Assembly: GCF_006345805.1 (NCBI RefSeq)
Contig: NC_043000.1
Location: 104,966,001 to 105,030,000 of the forward strand
Direction: 5' to 3'
Source of the DNA: Octopus sinensis
Lineage: Eukaryota
DNA length: 64,000 nt
Below are positions 12,847 to 26,018 of this stretch, piece by piece; position 1 is the first letter of the stretch; each line of letters opens with the position of its first letter. Both the position numbers and the translations under genes were made by a program. Under the pieces are notes generated by a model. The model was not told the DNA's origin and ran no database searches. It saw nothing but the letters and a program-made list of their open reading frames with translations.

Positions 12847-14480
12847 TTGTTTTAGCCCAGACTGGAAAGCAAAAACTGACGTAGTTAATTACAATTTCCG
12901 CAAATTCTGTTGTTACGTAAAATATTCTACCTCATTAGATGCCTTTGCAAGTCTCTGGTAGTGAAACCTTTTCTGCCATCAAAAACCTGTCGGTCGCAAG
13001 TTTGAAGCATACGCTTCGCAGCCAGTACTGAGATCTTTCCTTGTCTGTTACCAGTCCGTTCAGTGTTTCCAGATACTAGTAATCTAAGAGCTTTTCTTAC
13101 CATCGTTTAGCCTTTTAGTTTTTAATTTCTGTTTCTTCAGCCTCTGATTTGTCTCTGTTGGCTTCTTTGGTGTTTTGTAGTTATTTTTATTTCAGTTAAT
13201 ACTTACTGGATAGTTTGTAGACATATAATTGTTAGTTGATAGTAGTTTTTAAGTGTATTAATTCCCAACCTTTAAATAGTCGTACTAAATAGAATCTTTA
13301 TGCCAGACTTTGATGTTTTATTCTAAATGCAATCAGTTCTTTTCCTGATGTTTTCCGCCAGTCTTTATAAATCATTTAGCATCCAATTCAGGATACCATA
13401 AGTGTAACTTATTGCTGAAATAGTCACAACATCGATAAATAGTACCTTAATTTTGACATTTCACTGTGTTTTATTAGTCTAGTATCTCTATAATATTCGT
13501 TTTTAAATATTTTCTTTCGTTTGAGTATGTAGTACAATGTCTAGTTTATTGATTACTTAGATTATATAAAGTTTGTGCGTTAATCTTTTTATCCCTATTT
13601 CTTATTCGTGTTCTTAATTAAACTTTGTTCTCCTAACGCTTGCATTGGTACATTTCTTAAAATTCGAATCTAATAAATTTTCCACGTAAATCCATGTACT
13701 GTCTGCAGCAGTGTTTCTAACTGAATATCATCTGCAGCGTACACATTAAGAGTGTTCGTTAAAAGACAGATGGTTGATTACCCTATTTAACATGTTAGTT
13801 AAATGTGTTAGAACAAAACGGAAAATAAATGGAGAGAGTTCACATGGAGTATTGCTTTTTCTAATGGTGATGCTGTTACTTTTTACTTTTTATAATTCCT
13901 TCTTTTGTCTCAGTCAATAGAATTGTATCTGTTTAATGCAGCTGTTAATCATTGGTGCTATCTAACTCATGGCAGACATTTCCAAGATCCATATGTAGGG
14001 ATCAGTGTCGAAAATCGCTTCTGAGATTTAATATACTCATGCCCTTCATTTTCTATATTATAGCTTTGGTTTTGGTTTTATTAATCACTAACTGGTCTTC
14101 AGAGTTATATGAGCGCTTGCCGTATCATTTCTGGATTATGGAAACAGGTTAGGTTCTTTTTTCAGATCATATTTATTCCCTGAAATAGTTAAAACTTTGT
14201 AGGGTGCATAAAGGGGGACATATATCTGTAGTTTTCCGGGTTTGTCCTTTCCTTAGCCTTTGGGATAAATTTTACCTTTCGTTGATTTTTAGCCAGTCAG
14301 ATGTTGTCTCCGTTTCCTCAGTATCTTATTAAACATCTCTGGTAGCATCTTACTTACCCTTGTTCAATATTTCACCCAAAAGATTGAGATCTTATCACAT
14401 CACAGTCGTTTCTAGTTCTTTGTCTTTTACATCTCGGTCACTTTTTTCGATGTCGTTTTCTTCAATGACTACACTCTTTT
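11960..14480 (-). mobile_element. R4/Dong-type non-LTR retrotransposon relic (RT, CCHC, RLE, 3' UTR)
   Basis: Minus-strand fragments appear in the expected order: ..IYPKG*GKDKPGKLQ.., [89 protein letters not shown]. Many stops and frameshifts; a (TG)n tract at 12712-12845 lies inside. Confidence 0.8.
12712..12845. repeat. (TG)n microsatellite inside the R4/Dong relic
   Basis: Read directly. Confidence 0.97.
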
Positions 14481-14830
14481 ATTTCCCATTTCAAATCATC
14501 ATGTCTAACGTGTTTTGTTTCTTCTTCTTTTTTTTTTCTTTTTTCTCTTTTTGGTACTTTGTCATCAACAACGCATGCAATATCTATGATTAAACAGGGT
14601 TTTTTTCCTCCTTATTTACAACCACTACATCCGGCTTTCGATATTCTGTATAATGATCACATTATTACTTCCCTCAGTATCTTTACTTCAAATTCTCGAT
14701 TACTCTTTCCCGGGCTTACCCATACCACACTTGTACACTATCCATTCCATACTTGTCACGCAGCATGCTAATGAATTATTCTTGCAGCATTATCGTGTCT
14801 TTTGTATTCGTGTTGGATCATCTACACGTC
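14480..14830 (-). mobile_element. Second R4/Dong-type relic, RLE domain only
   Basis: Minus strand: QHEYKRHDNAARIIH..KYGMDSVQVWY..CDHYTEYRKPDVVVVNKEEKNPCLIIDIACVVDDKV..HDDLKWEIK. Confidence 0.78.
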
Positions 14831-14989
14831 AATAGATTCAGGACCACTGCTGATAAAATTAAGATCGACTCTGCCAAAACACAAAAGCTACTGTTCATCC
14901 TCACTTTTAAAGGGTAGTGTGCATCCAGGAATAGTGTGTTAAGCATATGAGATTAATCATGTTTCACTATTCGTCTTTGTGCTTATTAT

Positions 14990-15900
14990 TTTAATGTTTG
15001 TCTGGGCTGAATGGGAAACATATTTACTCTTGTAATATGTCCCGAGGTGCTGTACATGCGTTTCTTTCTTTTGGAGGTGATCGTGCAAGAAATGTCAGGG
15101 ATTGTGAAGGTTGGAGATTGCTGAGACAACAAGTAGTACCCTTGCATGATAAGGTACTGTTTCATTTTAAGTCTTTCGTTATTTTTGCTGTATATCAGGA
15201 CAATATATCAAATCTGTTTGTAACACGTGATGTAAAGTTAGTCGCTTTGTATACTGTGTGTCTTTGTGTAAATCCTTATCGAGTAAAGGTAGGATCAAAG
15301 GTAGTTCAGCCGTGACCATTCCAATGTGCAAAGAACCCAAAACTACATTGTCCTAAAATAAGTCATTTTTTTAAGATGCTATAATGGGATCCGAAGGAGA
15401 ATAAGCTGCTATTTCTCGTAAGTAAGCAACTATGTATAGGTGCAGTGTTAGCACGTGCAGTTCCTTGAAGACAGATTAGTGGTGGGTACCTTTACTTTGT
15501 TAGTATAGTCCATGGCGGATCTAATATATTGTTTGTACATTATAATTGTTGTTTGTTTCTGTTATCCAAATGAGGCAACTGTGATTCTTCCAAGGAATTT
15601 TGTACGTTTTACCGTTTCTTTATTCCGTATAACAGTAACTGATAAGCCCAGATCAATCACAATTAAGGAAACCTATAATCCAACCGTGACCATTGTGTCA
15701 TTTTCTGTATTTTGGACTACGCTGTCCAATATGTACGCCTTTCCTTTGAGACGATAGTGCACGATATAAGGATAATTTGGTTGTATTTCTAGAAGGTCGG
15801 TTGATCTGTACAGAGGTTTCCAGGTTCTGTGAATCACGCAAACTCTTTGTATAGTGATTCTCCTTCTTAGTGTTTTTGTTAGCTCTAGTTCAACCATAAT
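14990..15900 (-). mobile_element. Very decayed LINE, possibly a CR1/L2 APE endonuclease region
   Basis: Only scattered motif-like fragments (ITIQRVCVIHRT.., ..LLTRNSSLFSFGSHYSI.., ..VVLGSLHIG..). Family uncertain. Confidence 0.3.
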
Positions 15901-16410
15901 TAATCAGACTTATGATGAGCAGTAAGGAATATCCCGCTCCGTCTTTCTGCTTTTATTTTTACTGATATGATGTATATAATATAAGAGTAATTCAGTTATA
16001 TTTTGCTGCTATTTTTAGCTGGTCAGGCTTTCGCATAAGGACATCCTCGCTGATTCATAAAAGAAATTAGTATAACGAAGAAGGTGAAAGTTACGATGCG
16101 AATGAGATTGTGAGAAAGAGATTCAAAAAGTTGCTAGGTGTATGTGATACGCGTATGGTAATATGTAAATGAATATGTGGGTGTCTGAGCGCTTGTTTTA
16201 AGGTAGGTAACTTTCTACAGTTATCTACCTTTAGTAAATGACTTTTATCTTTCTTTTTTTTTTTTTGTCAAAGCAGTATGAAATTTGACACGTGCGAAAG
16301 AAATAGGTAACATAACAGCACCAAAGAGTTATGCAATTTCGCGAATGATATGTATGTGGGTGTATGAGTGTTTGAGTCTATGTACGCATATATATATATA
16401 TATATACATG

Positions 16411-16460
<50 letters not shown>

Positions 16461-16725
16461 ATATATATATATATATATAATATATATATATATATACATG
16501 TATGTAATGTATGTATACTTACATGTTAGTATGAATATATATATATGTATGTATATATACATACATTCACACACACTCACACACATGCACACACACACTC
16601 ACACACATTCACACACACACACACTCACACACATGCACACACGCACACACACACATATATATATATACGCATACATATAAGTATACAATACAATTATATA
16701 TGTGTGTGTGTATATAAACATACAT

Positions 16726-16887
16726 AGGAGCAGGCGTGGTTGTGTGGTAAGAAGCTTGGTTCTTAACCACATGGTTCAGAGTTCAGTCCCACTGCGTGGC
16801 ACCCTGGGCAAGCGTCTTCTACTATAGCCTTAGGCCAACCAAATCCTTGTGAGTGGATTTGGTAGACGGAAACTGAAAGAAGCCCAT

Positions 16888-16942
<55 letters not shown>

Positions 16943-17153
16943 GTCTGTGTGTCTATATTTGTCCTCCCATCATCGCTTGACAACTGATGTTGGTGTGTTT
17001 ACGTCCCCTTAAAGTAGCGGTTCGGCAAAAGGAGAACCGATAGAATAGTATTAGGCTTACAAAGAATAAATCGTGGGGTCGATTTGTTCGACTAAAAGCG
17101 GTGTTCCAGCATGGGCGCAGTTAAATGAAGGATACATGTAAAGGAAATAAGAA
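16726..17153 (+). mobile_element. SINE family A, full length with internal (TA)n
   Basis: AGGAGCAGGCGTGGTTGTGTGGTAAG..GAGTTCAGTCCCACTGCGTGGC..GAAAGAAGCCCATCG-(TA)n-GTCTGTGTG..GCGGTTCGGCAAAAG..CCAGCATGGGCGCAGTTAAATG. Confidence 0.9.
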
Positions 17154-17409
17154 TACTTTTATATATGTGCGCACACGCACACACATACAGTCACACGCGC
17201 GCACACACACGCACGCACACACATTCACACACACAACATACGATGGAGAGTCAGAAAGTAATCCAATTTGCATAACTTTTGTGTATGTGTGTGTTTGTGT
17301 GTGTGTGTGTGTGAGCGCGCACATATCTAAACATATGCTTGGACTTAAATGAACCAACACCAGTTTCAATCAGTGAAAATGGGTTTCAAAGATAAAGACA
17401 GATAGATAG

Positions 17410-17484
<75 letters not shown>

Positions 17485-18480
17485 ATATATATATATATAA
17501 TGTATATATAGAGAGAGGGGGGAGAGAGAAAGGGAGAGAAAGAGGTCCCAGCATGGCTGCAGTTCGATGAATGAAACAAGTAAAAATGTATATAATTATG
17601 CGTGTGTGTATAGGGGTAGTGAAAAGCAACGTTAACTCCAGTAGAACCTAAAAAGATGGAACAAATACAGCAAGCAAATTTGTCCGACGCTCTAATGATT
17701 CGGTCAAGTCATAAGTTGATAAAATGTCAATAGTTTCGAAGAAGTCTTGCAAGAAAAAAAGGCAATACTCATAACGTTGTTTTGAAATAAAGGTATTAAA
17801 AAGGAAAGCATTGAAAAGGCTATTGAAAAGGTTGCAAGATGCAACGAAAATTTTAGGAAAATAAAAATAAGAAATAAGTGGAAATTTTACCGGTGAGTGT
17901 GTTACATTTTAAGGCATAAAAAGAAAATGATTCTCCCAAGAGACAACAGAATATTAGATAAAATTATTACTAGATTTCGATTAACTTTTCTTCATGCTAA
18001 ATAAAGCATTCTTCAAGTAGAATGATTCGAGTGAATATGTACTTTTGAATGGTAGTTTTAACTGAATCTTGTTTATTTGTAGCTATTTTCAACTTATGTT
18101 TGGGCAAGCCCATGCTGAAATATTAGCAGAGGTAGATGGTGGACAGCAGGCAGAAATGTTGTGGATCGACTATGTTAATCATGCTATGTGTGGTGTGACA
18201 TTGATTTCAGTATCATTGAAATTCCGTTTGTGTGATGTAAAAATGAAAAAATCTGATATTAGGATGTCCTTATTATTGTATGCTGCTGGTTAGATCAAAA
18301 GTAGAGTATTATGCACTGTTACAATATCTGATTTGATAAAAAGAAAAGCCTACATGAATTAGACAATTACGTGCTCGCCAAGCATGTATATATCAACATC
18401 AATCAAACCGCATAAATCATATCAATAAAGAAGCCACAAGTATAGTACGGGAAATTAAATCAGACCAGCGCATAGGCCGC

Positions 18481-18702
18481 ATTACTTGTTTGAAGATGGT
18501 ACTGGGTATTTCCACTGATGTCAAGATAGATTAATGGTTATTCATTAATGGCAGTGTTTCCAGCTGAATGGCACTCCTTTTGCACGTTGGGAATGAGTAC
18601 CCAGGGATTCCAATGCATTATTCGAGGAAAGCAAAAGAGTCATATGACAGTATCAAGATGCTACTTTCCTTGATCAGGTATGATGATTTGAAGTGGAAAA
18701 CT
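18481..18702 (+). mobile_element. Isolated Chapaev-like transposase fragment (direct repeat of 19516-19731)
   Basis: Reads LHVGNEYPGIPMHYSRKAKESYDSIKMLLSLIRYDDLKWKT; diverged copy of the downstream segment. Confidence 0.8.
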
Positions 18703-18729
18703 CTTTTACCCGACTCTTAAGGCCAATTT

Positions 18730-20656
18730 GATGCGTGTTTCGAATGTTATTGTAACTTGTATCAAATTGGTAATTGCTTTGTCCACTGTGAACTGCTATT
18801 TTTTCATTTCTCTACTTAAATTTGCTTCAATTTGTATAGCTTCAAGGCGTGTATATTGCAATGATCCAGATAATTTTTGCAACATCTGTGAGGAATATGC
18901 ATTCAAGAACTATAGGAGAAACATTACGCTACTCATACAAGCAAGACAAGGATTACTTCAAAATGAAATTTGGATATCAATATAAATGCTTTACACTACA
19001 AATTGTATGCAAAAGCTTGTGGTCCAAATGACATTTCCTGCTCCAATGGCATAGTGAAAATCAAACAACCATTCTACTGATTCCAACTTTTGCATAATTA
19101 ATGTTGATGGGTTCAGTAAGAAAACCGTTAAGTATATCACGCATACTAATTTGCCGCCTGCCATAATACCACAACCATACGAAGACGAAATTCTTACTGT
19201 GCCAAGCAATAAAACATTGAATGAGTCAGATGATGATTCTGATGACCAAACTGGCCGAGAAGACCAATGTATGACGAGGATTTTGAAATTCCTCAATTAT
19301 GCCCTAAAATAAGCTAAGAACTACATGGTCATTTTCCTCGAAAGTTGGAACTTTTCAAAGACGGTGCTTTTCTAGCTGGAACAATGCTCGGGGAATTTGG
19401 TGTTTTAGCCCAAGGCACCAAAAGAACAGCGTTCAGACACCGAGAAAAGGAATTTCTTGAATTTTTTTCCACACACATAATGAACTTGGTTTGATTTTAA
19501 TGTTTGTGCAAGAACATTACTGATTTGAAGATAGTACTGGAAATTTCCTCTGATGTCAAGACAGATTGGTAATTATTCATTGATGGCAGTGTTTCCAACT
19601 GAAAGGCAATCTTTTTGCTTGTTGGGAATCAGTACCTAGGGATTCCAGTGCGTTATTTGAGGAAGGTGTCCTACAACAGTATTAAGATGTTACTTTCCTT
19701 GATCAGGTATGATGATTTGAAGTGGGAAACTGGAGGTGACTTGAAGGTCATATTTTTTTAACTAGATTGCAAACGGGCTACACGAAGTGTTGCTGTTTCT
19801 TGTGCCTATGGAACAGCCAGAGAGTCGGCATGTTATGAATGGAGTCTATGGAATGAAAGCGTTCAATACATACCACTAGCTTCACCTGAGCTAATTGTGT
19901 TACCACCGCTATTTATTAAACTTAGAATCTTAAAAATTTTTTTGAAGACACTGGACCTCAAGTTGTTGAAAGATATCCTTCCTCGATTAAGTAAAGCAAA
20001 GGTTAAAGAAGATGTGATCGTTGTACCAAACACATGCAAATTAATAAAGAAACAGATGTTCAGAGATTCAATAAATGAAGTTGAACGACAGGCTTAGGAT
20101 GCTGTATTAAAGACAGTTGAAAACTTTCTCGGAAAGAACCGATCCCGGATTACAAGGCAAGCATAGCTGACCTCCTAGATTCATTCGATGCTCAGAATGT
20201 CAAAATGTTCTCAAAAGATTTGTTTTCTTTAGAGTCACTTGGATTTTTTTCTTTGGACTTAGGCCAAGTGAATGATGAGCATGGTAAAATATTCCATCAA
20301 GTGATCTCTTCTATTGAAATAAGGTACCAAGGGTTAACCGATCTTCGCTTGATGGCAGACTTTTGCTGGTTTCACTCTTGAAATCCATGCTACTGATCTT
20401 GTCAGTAAAATCAATACTATACATAAGTGTATACTGTTATTTTAACAGTGATTGATTGTAGCTTAGTACACAAAATAAATTACATGCAATGTTCACAAAA
20501 TTAGGCATATCCGTAAACATATTAGATGTGGGGCATCTTGTAGATCAAAATGCAGATGTGATGGAGCAAAACAGATTTCATATTCATAATGAGCACCCTA
20601 AAATTAATTAATACCACATGAAGTAGCGTTTGTTGAAAAATTAGTGCCACGTAGTG
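18730..20656 (+). mobile_element. Chapaev-like (CMC superfamily) DNA transposon relic
   Basis: N-terminus ASRRVYCNDPDNFCNICEEYAFK..YFKMKFG..NHSTDSNFC..NLPPAIIPQP, core GDLKVIFFLTRLQTGYTKCCCFLCLW, late DEHGKIFHQVIS..RYQG..MADFCW. The 3' end ..AAAAATTAGTGCCACGTAGTG fits a CAC..GTG terminus. No 5' TIR was found. Confidence 0.75.
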
Positions 20657-20664
20657 TGATTAAT

Positions 20665-20828
20665 CCGCTCTTCACTCAAAACCAAGAAAGCGTAAAAATA
20701 TTAATAAACTTTGATTTTGCTGAGACTAAGCAACCAGAAATGATGTGATCAGTACTCTCATTGTTCTGATTGCATAGTCTTGATCTGAGTCTCTTGTTAT
20801 AATATTTTGTTTTCACACTGTTTTGTGG

Positions 20829-20902
<74 letters not shown>

Positions 20903-21174
20903 ATATATATACATATATATGCAGATACAAGTAGACTTTCCGTTTCTTCTTTTAGTTTAGTGCCTACAGGTTTTAACTCAGACACACTGTCGGTCAGTCG
21001 GGTCTTGCAGGTTATTGGGCCTAGAGTGGGTTTTCCTCTATTCTTTTTATAGTACTTTTTTGAGAGTCATTGTGATTTTGTATTTTGTTATTTCTTTTAC
21101 CTTTTAGTTTATCTTTCCTAATTTAAATATTTTCTCTATAATGTAATTACATTCTAGTTTATACTTCAGATTTT

Positions 21175-21247
<73 letters not shown>

Positions 21248-21480
21248 AGTGTCTTGTTTATTTAAGTTCCATTATTACACTAATAAGTTTCCCCTTAATT
21301 AGTTTTAAACCAGTATTTTTGTAGACACATTTATGCAATTTAAAATAGCTCTCAGCCTCGTAGCGGATTCTTTCCTCCCTGTATTCAATATAAGCATATC
21401 CTACCTCAATCGGTTTTAAGATGGCAGCCGCAGAAATATTTTTCATTGTTTGCCTGTGATCAATTAAGGTGTCCTTTCAT
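20665..21480 (-). mobile_element. R4/Dong-type relic (thumb to CCHC), broken by (TA)n/(GA)n
   Basis: RLCNQNNESTDHIISGCLVSAKS (CCHC knuckle) and HLKTD*GRICLY..GGKNP..MCLQKY (HHPKxDIxRLY..GGRGL-like). Confidence 0.65.
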
Positions 21481-21559
21481 CCGGTTCGGAAAGTGATAAT
21501 GATTTGAGGGAAGAGGGATGTCACACCACAATAAATATATATTACATACATCTGTATTT

Positions 21560-21778
21560 ATGTATATTTTTTTTAGTTTATACACACATATGCACAAACG
21601 CACGCACACACATACACACCACACACACACACACACATATATATTCATGCGTAATATGCATATACGTATGCATTCTTTATCTATCTATATATCTATCAAT
21701 CTCTCCCTCTCACTCTTTCTCTTTATATATATTATATGTATATATATATGTATATATGTATGTATATATGTATATATG

Positions 21779-21829
<51 letters not shown>

Positions 21830-21867
21830 ATATGTATATATTATATATATATATATATTATATCTAT

Positions 21868-21924
<57 letters not shown>

Positions 21925-22424
21925 CATACCTTATTCATACATATTTCGTAATATAATTAGAAATACATATATACATACTCACATAAACACACACACACAC
22001 CACGCACACGTGTGTGTGTTTACTTCTGTATTAATCATATGTGTATAAAGTTATGTACACAACCTGAATGCGACTGGAGGCATACGCCTCCATTTAAAAT
22101 AAGCATGTACGTTTGAACTTTTTTCAATTTACTAGGTTAATCAAAATAATATATTAATTTATGAAGCTCAAAATTCTTGCTCGTATAGCTCTCTATCGTA
22201 TAGATACATATTTCTTAAAGATTCCTTCGCGCTCTTTTGGTAGAATGTGTATCGAAGGTAGTGAAATATATTTTTGCTATGGTAATAATGTTTGATAAGT
22301 AGTTATGATCTATCAGCATCAAGATATAATGATACGTCAGACATGAATCACACACATTTACACAGATATATGCAGTGTATGTATGGGTATATATATTATA
22401 TATATATATATATACACACACACA

Positions 22425-22465
<41 letters not shown>

Positions 22466-22686
22466 CACATACATATTACATATATATATATATATATATA
22501 TACACATACATATATACATATATATATATATTATATATACATACATACATACATACATACATACATACATACATACATACACTTACACGTATATAGACAT
22601 GTATGTATGTGTGTACATATACCAAACCATACAAATATATACACATGCATATATAAATGTGTATTTGTGTCTGCGTTCGTGTGTGT

Positions 22687-22748
<62 letters not shown>

Positions 22749-22750
22749 CG
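21560..22750. repeat. Compound (CA)/(TA)/(TACA)/(TG) microsatellite field
   Basis: Read directly; short unique spacer at about 22030-22370. Confidence 0.9.
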
Positions 22751-22879
22751 TTGGATTTGACTAGTGATGCTTAAGGTATCATATTTAAGATAACTAGAGA
22801 GAGGCCGTAGGGCGAAAGTGAACACAACTTGCAAAAATCATTTTAAAAGGATTATGTTGTATGGAAAGCATGCTTTCTT

Positions 22880-23705
22880 TCTTTCTTTTTTTTTTTTTCA
22901 CAAAAGATTGATGCGTAAAAACTTCTCAGAAAGCATGTCGGATATATTGTAAAGAACGTATAAATCTTGAAATGTCTAGAGTGTGGGCAAAAAAAAACAT
23001 GACAATAGAGTCTACAAAGCCCCGAAGAAAATACTCGAAATACTCTGTTAAAGTACTCGGATATTGTATTTGTATTGATTTGAAACGATGGTAGAATGGA
23101 AGGTCTCCTGAGTGCATAAAAGGAAATCATACTTGGCATAATACACCGATAAACACGTTTGTCATTCAAGGGAAAGTGTGACTATTTGCAGCAAGTGGAA
23201 GGTGCAACCTCTAATGAAAAGCTCTTTCCTCGCATTTTACGCCCCAGCTTTTTTTGCGGGGGGGGGGGGGCTAAATTTCAGATTAATAAGTTAAGAGGCG
23301 CCTTAGTATTAAAATGACCTTTGAATCTGCCTGTTCTAATAGAGAAGCTGCACGTAACTATCTTGAAGTGCCGGAAGAAATTATTCTGAAAGAAGTATTG
23401 TACACGAAAACCACCAGTACAATGTAGATGAGATTTGGGCTTTCCTAGAAGCGCATGCCAACTAGGTCTTTTATTTCTTATGAGAAAACAAGCAACAGGC
23501 TTCAAGCTCGCAAAAAGCGTTTAATGTTATTATGGATGAAATGCTGGAGCTGATATAAAAATAACACTTGCTTGTATATCACTTCCAAAGTGCTTTCAAT
23601 GGCCACACGGAATTTAATTTACATGAGATTTGACGTTTAAATATGGTGTGGATGACTTTGAGCATTTTTCAAACTGGTTTACAAAATTTTGTTTCCCTGA
23701 TGCAT
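22880..23705 (+). mobile_element. Tigger/pogo transposase relic
   Basis: Frameshifted fragments: VGYIVKN..ILK, RRLSIKMTFESACSNREAARNYLE, YNVDE, KRMPTRSFISYEK..ARKKRF, LLVYH, VWMT..F. Confidence 0.75.
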
Positions 23706-23718
23706 AAAGGTACAATAT

Positions 23719-23826
23719 AATTATCGACCTCGAAAGAATGAAAGCAAAGTCGATCTTGGCGGAATTTGAACTCAGAACGAGCATTTTGCCCGGTTTGCTT
23801 AACGACTATGCCAGCTCGCCGCCCTA
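23719..23826 (-). mobile_element. SINE family B fragment
   Basis: Reverse complement of GGCGGCGAGCTGGCA..GTTCTGAGTTCAAATTCCGCC..CTTTCATTCTTTCGAGGTCGATAA. Confidence 0.8.
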
Positions 23827-24267
23827 GTGCCAGGCGTAATACTGCAACAAAACATTGCGCTTAGTCAGCGCACCAAATTATCCAGTGAATTTGAATGATC
23901 TTTCCAATAATGTGAGAACGGGAATATATCGCCAAGAACACTGCTTCTTTATTCCAACCAAACGGCTACTGTGTGATAGTGAATTATCTGAGAAGTTTGA
24001 AACGGCTCTAAATGTACTTGGTGGGAATACATCCAAAGATAGGAACTTTGCAAAGGATAACATAGCCGAGTCATAGAATTAAATGAAATCTCCGACTATG
24101 ACTGATGTTTAGATGTATGACCTGACTGTATTCGTGAGTTTTCGGGTTTTCTGCCAGAAGGAAGTCTATAACACGTTCAAAAGATATTGTGACAGTGGCA
24201 ACTGAGGTAAGGTTTCAAGAAATCCTAGATTATGCTGCTGAGTTGTTAGGGCTCTATAGAAAGATAA

Positions 24268-24687
24268 GGCGGCGAGCTGGCAGAAACGTTAGCACGCCGG
24301 GCGAAATGCTTAGCGGTATTTCGTCTGCCGTTACGTTGTGAGTTCAAATTCCGCCGAGGTCGACTTAGCCTTTCATCCTTTCGGGGTCGATAAATTAAGT
24401 ACCAATTACGCACTGGGGTCGATGTATTCGACTTAATACCTATGTCTGTCCTTGTTTGTCCCCTCTGTGTTTAGCCCCTTGTGGGTAATAAAGAAATAGG
24501 TATTCCGATTGCCGCTACGTTCTGAGTTCGAATCCCGCCGAGGTCGACTTTGCCTTTCATCCTTTCGGGGTCGATTAAATAAGTACCAGTTACGCACTGG
24601 GGTCGATATAATCGACTTAATCCGTTTGTCTGTCCTTGTTTGTACCCTCTGTGTTTAGCCCCTTGTGGGCAGTAAAGAAATAAGAAA
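24268..24687 (+). mobile_element. SINE family B: one head plus two tandem ~184-bp bodies
   Basis: Head GGCGGCGAGCTGGCAGAAACGTTAGCACGCCGGGCGAAATGCTTAGCGGT; units start at 24318 and 24502, each with a B-box-like GAGTTCRAAT. Confidence 0.9.
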
Positions 24688-25417
24688 GAAATGAGGCGCT
24701 GGCCCTTATTCTAACCCATCTAACAACTTTCTGCACAGAAAGCCCGAACGAACAAAAGCAACGGCATATGAAAATAGTGACACCATATAGAACTCGTGAG
24801 TCGGAAAATGAAATTGCTTCGTTCTCAATCCAAACACCAAGTCACGTAACTAACCCCACTATCTCTCCCAGCAGCAAAAAAGCCAAGGCAAATAGAGCCA
24901 AACACCACAATAACTAGTGCAAACACCTCACTGCAGCAAAAGCCTATTCATGTATGAAGGTGACAACAAAACAGGGGTAGATGGGGTGAAGCAGGCTTTA
25001 AAAGAACGAACAACAGAAACCCACCGGAAAAGCCAAAAAAAGTTTTTAAAAATTCGAGATTGAGAATACTTGCAAAGTAATACTCTCTTCAAGGAAGAAC
25101 CTACTTCTTATGAAGGAGAAACAATGACCTGCGAGTGGGAACAAGTCGCTGAGCTGACTGAAATGAAAGTCACATCCATTTCCAAGAAAAACAAAGTTCT
25201 AATAAAATACTTATATAATATATGATATATATAATATCCAAACTAAGTACCAAACGAGAAGGAAATGAGAATGGCTATGAGTATTCACATCTCGGATAGA
25301 CTTTACGAAGTATTTATATTTCACTTGAAGATGTGGTCTTTCACTTGGCCAAAATAAAGCAAGAACTCCTCACGGAAGATTCTGAAATACCTTGATCGAC
25401 ACGAGTAGAGGTTTAAA

Positions 25418-25978
25418 TCTTTATATATAAAAGTGAAGTTGTGTGTCTGTCTCCTACGATTTAGATTCCTAACTACTCCCACATTTTGCGGTGCAGTGTA
25501 ACCAAAAGCGGGTATCTTATAGTCGTGATTCATATCGAGCCCTTCTGGGTATTAGCGCGCGTCTACGATGAGTCTACGATTTAAAAAAATAATTACCATC
25601 ATTTTTTCCCATTTTTAATGCATTTTTTTTGCTATTATATAGGGGAAGTAACTCTCTAAAAATGTATTATTAAATCTCAGAACGTAAAAAGCTACAGTAA
25701 CACCCGCCTTTGTGGTTAGCCATATTGAGATGGCTATTATACTTTACATCTCTAAAAATGCTTATACTCTTTTACTCTTTTACTTGTTTCAGTCATTTGA
25801 CTGCGGCCATGCTGGAGCACCACCTTTAATCGAGCAACTCGACCCCGGGACTTATTCTTTTGTAAGCCCAGTACTTATTCTATCGGTCTCTTTTGCCAAA
25901 CCGCTAAGTAACGGGGACGCAAACACACCAGCATCGGTTGTCAAGCAATGCTAGGGGGACAAACACAGACACACAAAC

Positions 25979-26018
<40 letters not shown>

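Noticed and set aside
21258-21446. 62-aa ORF MKNISAAA.. as a host gene
   Set aside because: Another frame of the same strand matches the R4/Dong thumb region, so the ORF is incidental.
23855-24076. 73-aa ORF MRLVSAPNY.. (antisense frame also open)
   Set aside because: No recognisable family and no convincing splice signals; cannot be supported without a search.
24318-24687. Regularly spaced repeats as a CRISPR array (also 46158-46652)
   Set aside because: Eukaryotic context, whole 183-184-bp units repeat without unique spacers, and there are no cas genes.
24700-25400. Purine-rich stretch, possibly a decayed LINE ORF1
   Set aside because: Multiple stops and no diagnostic motif; left unassigned.
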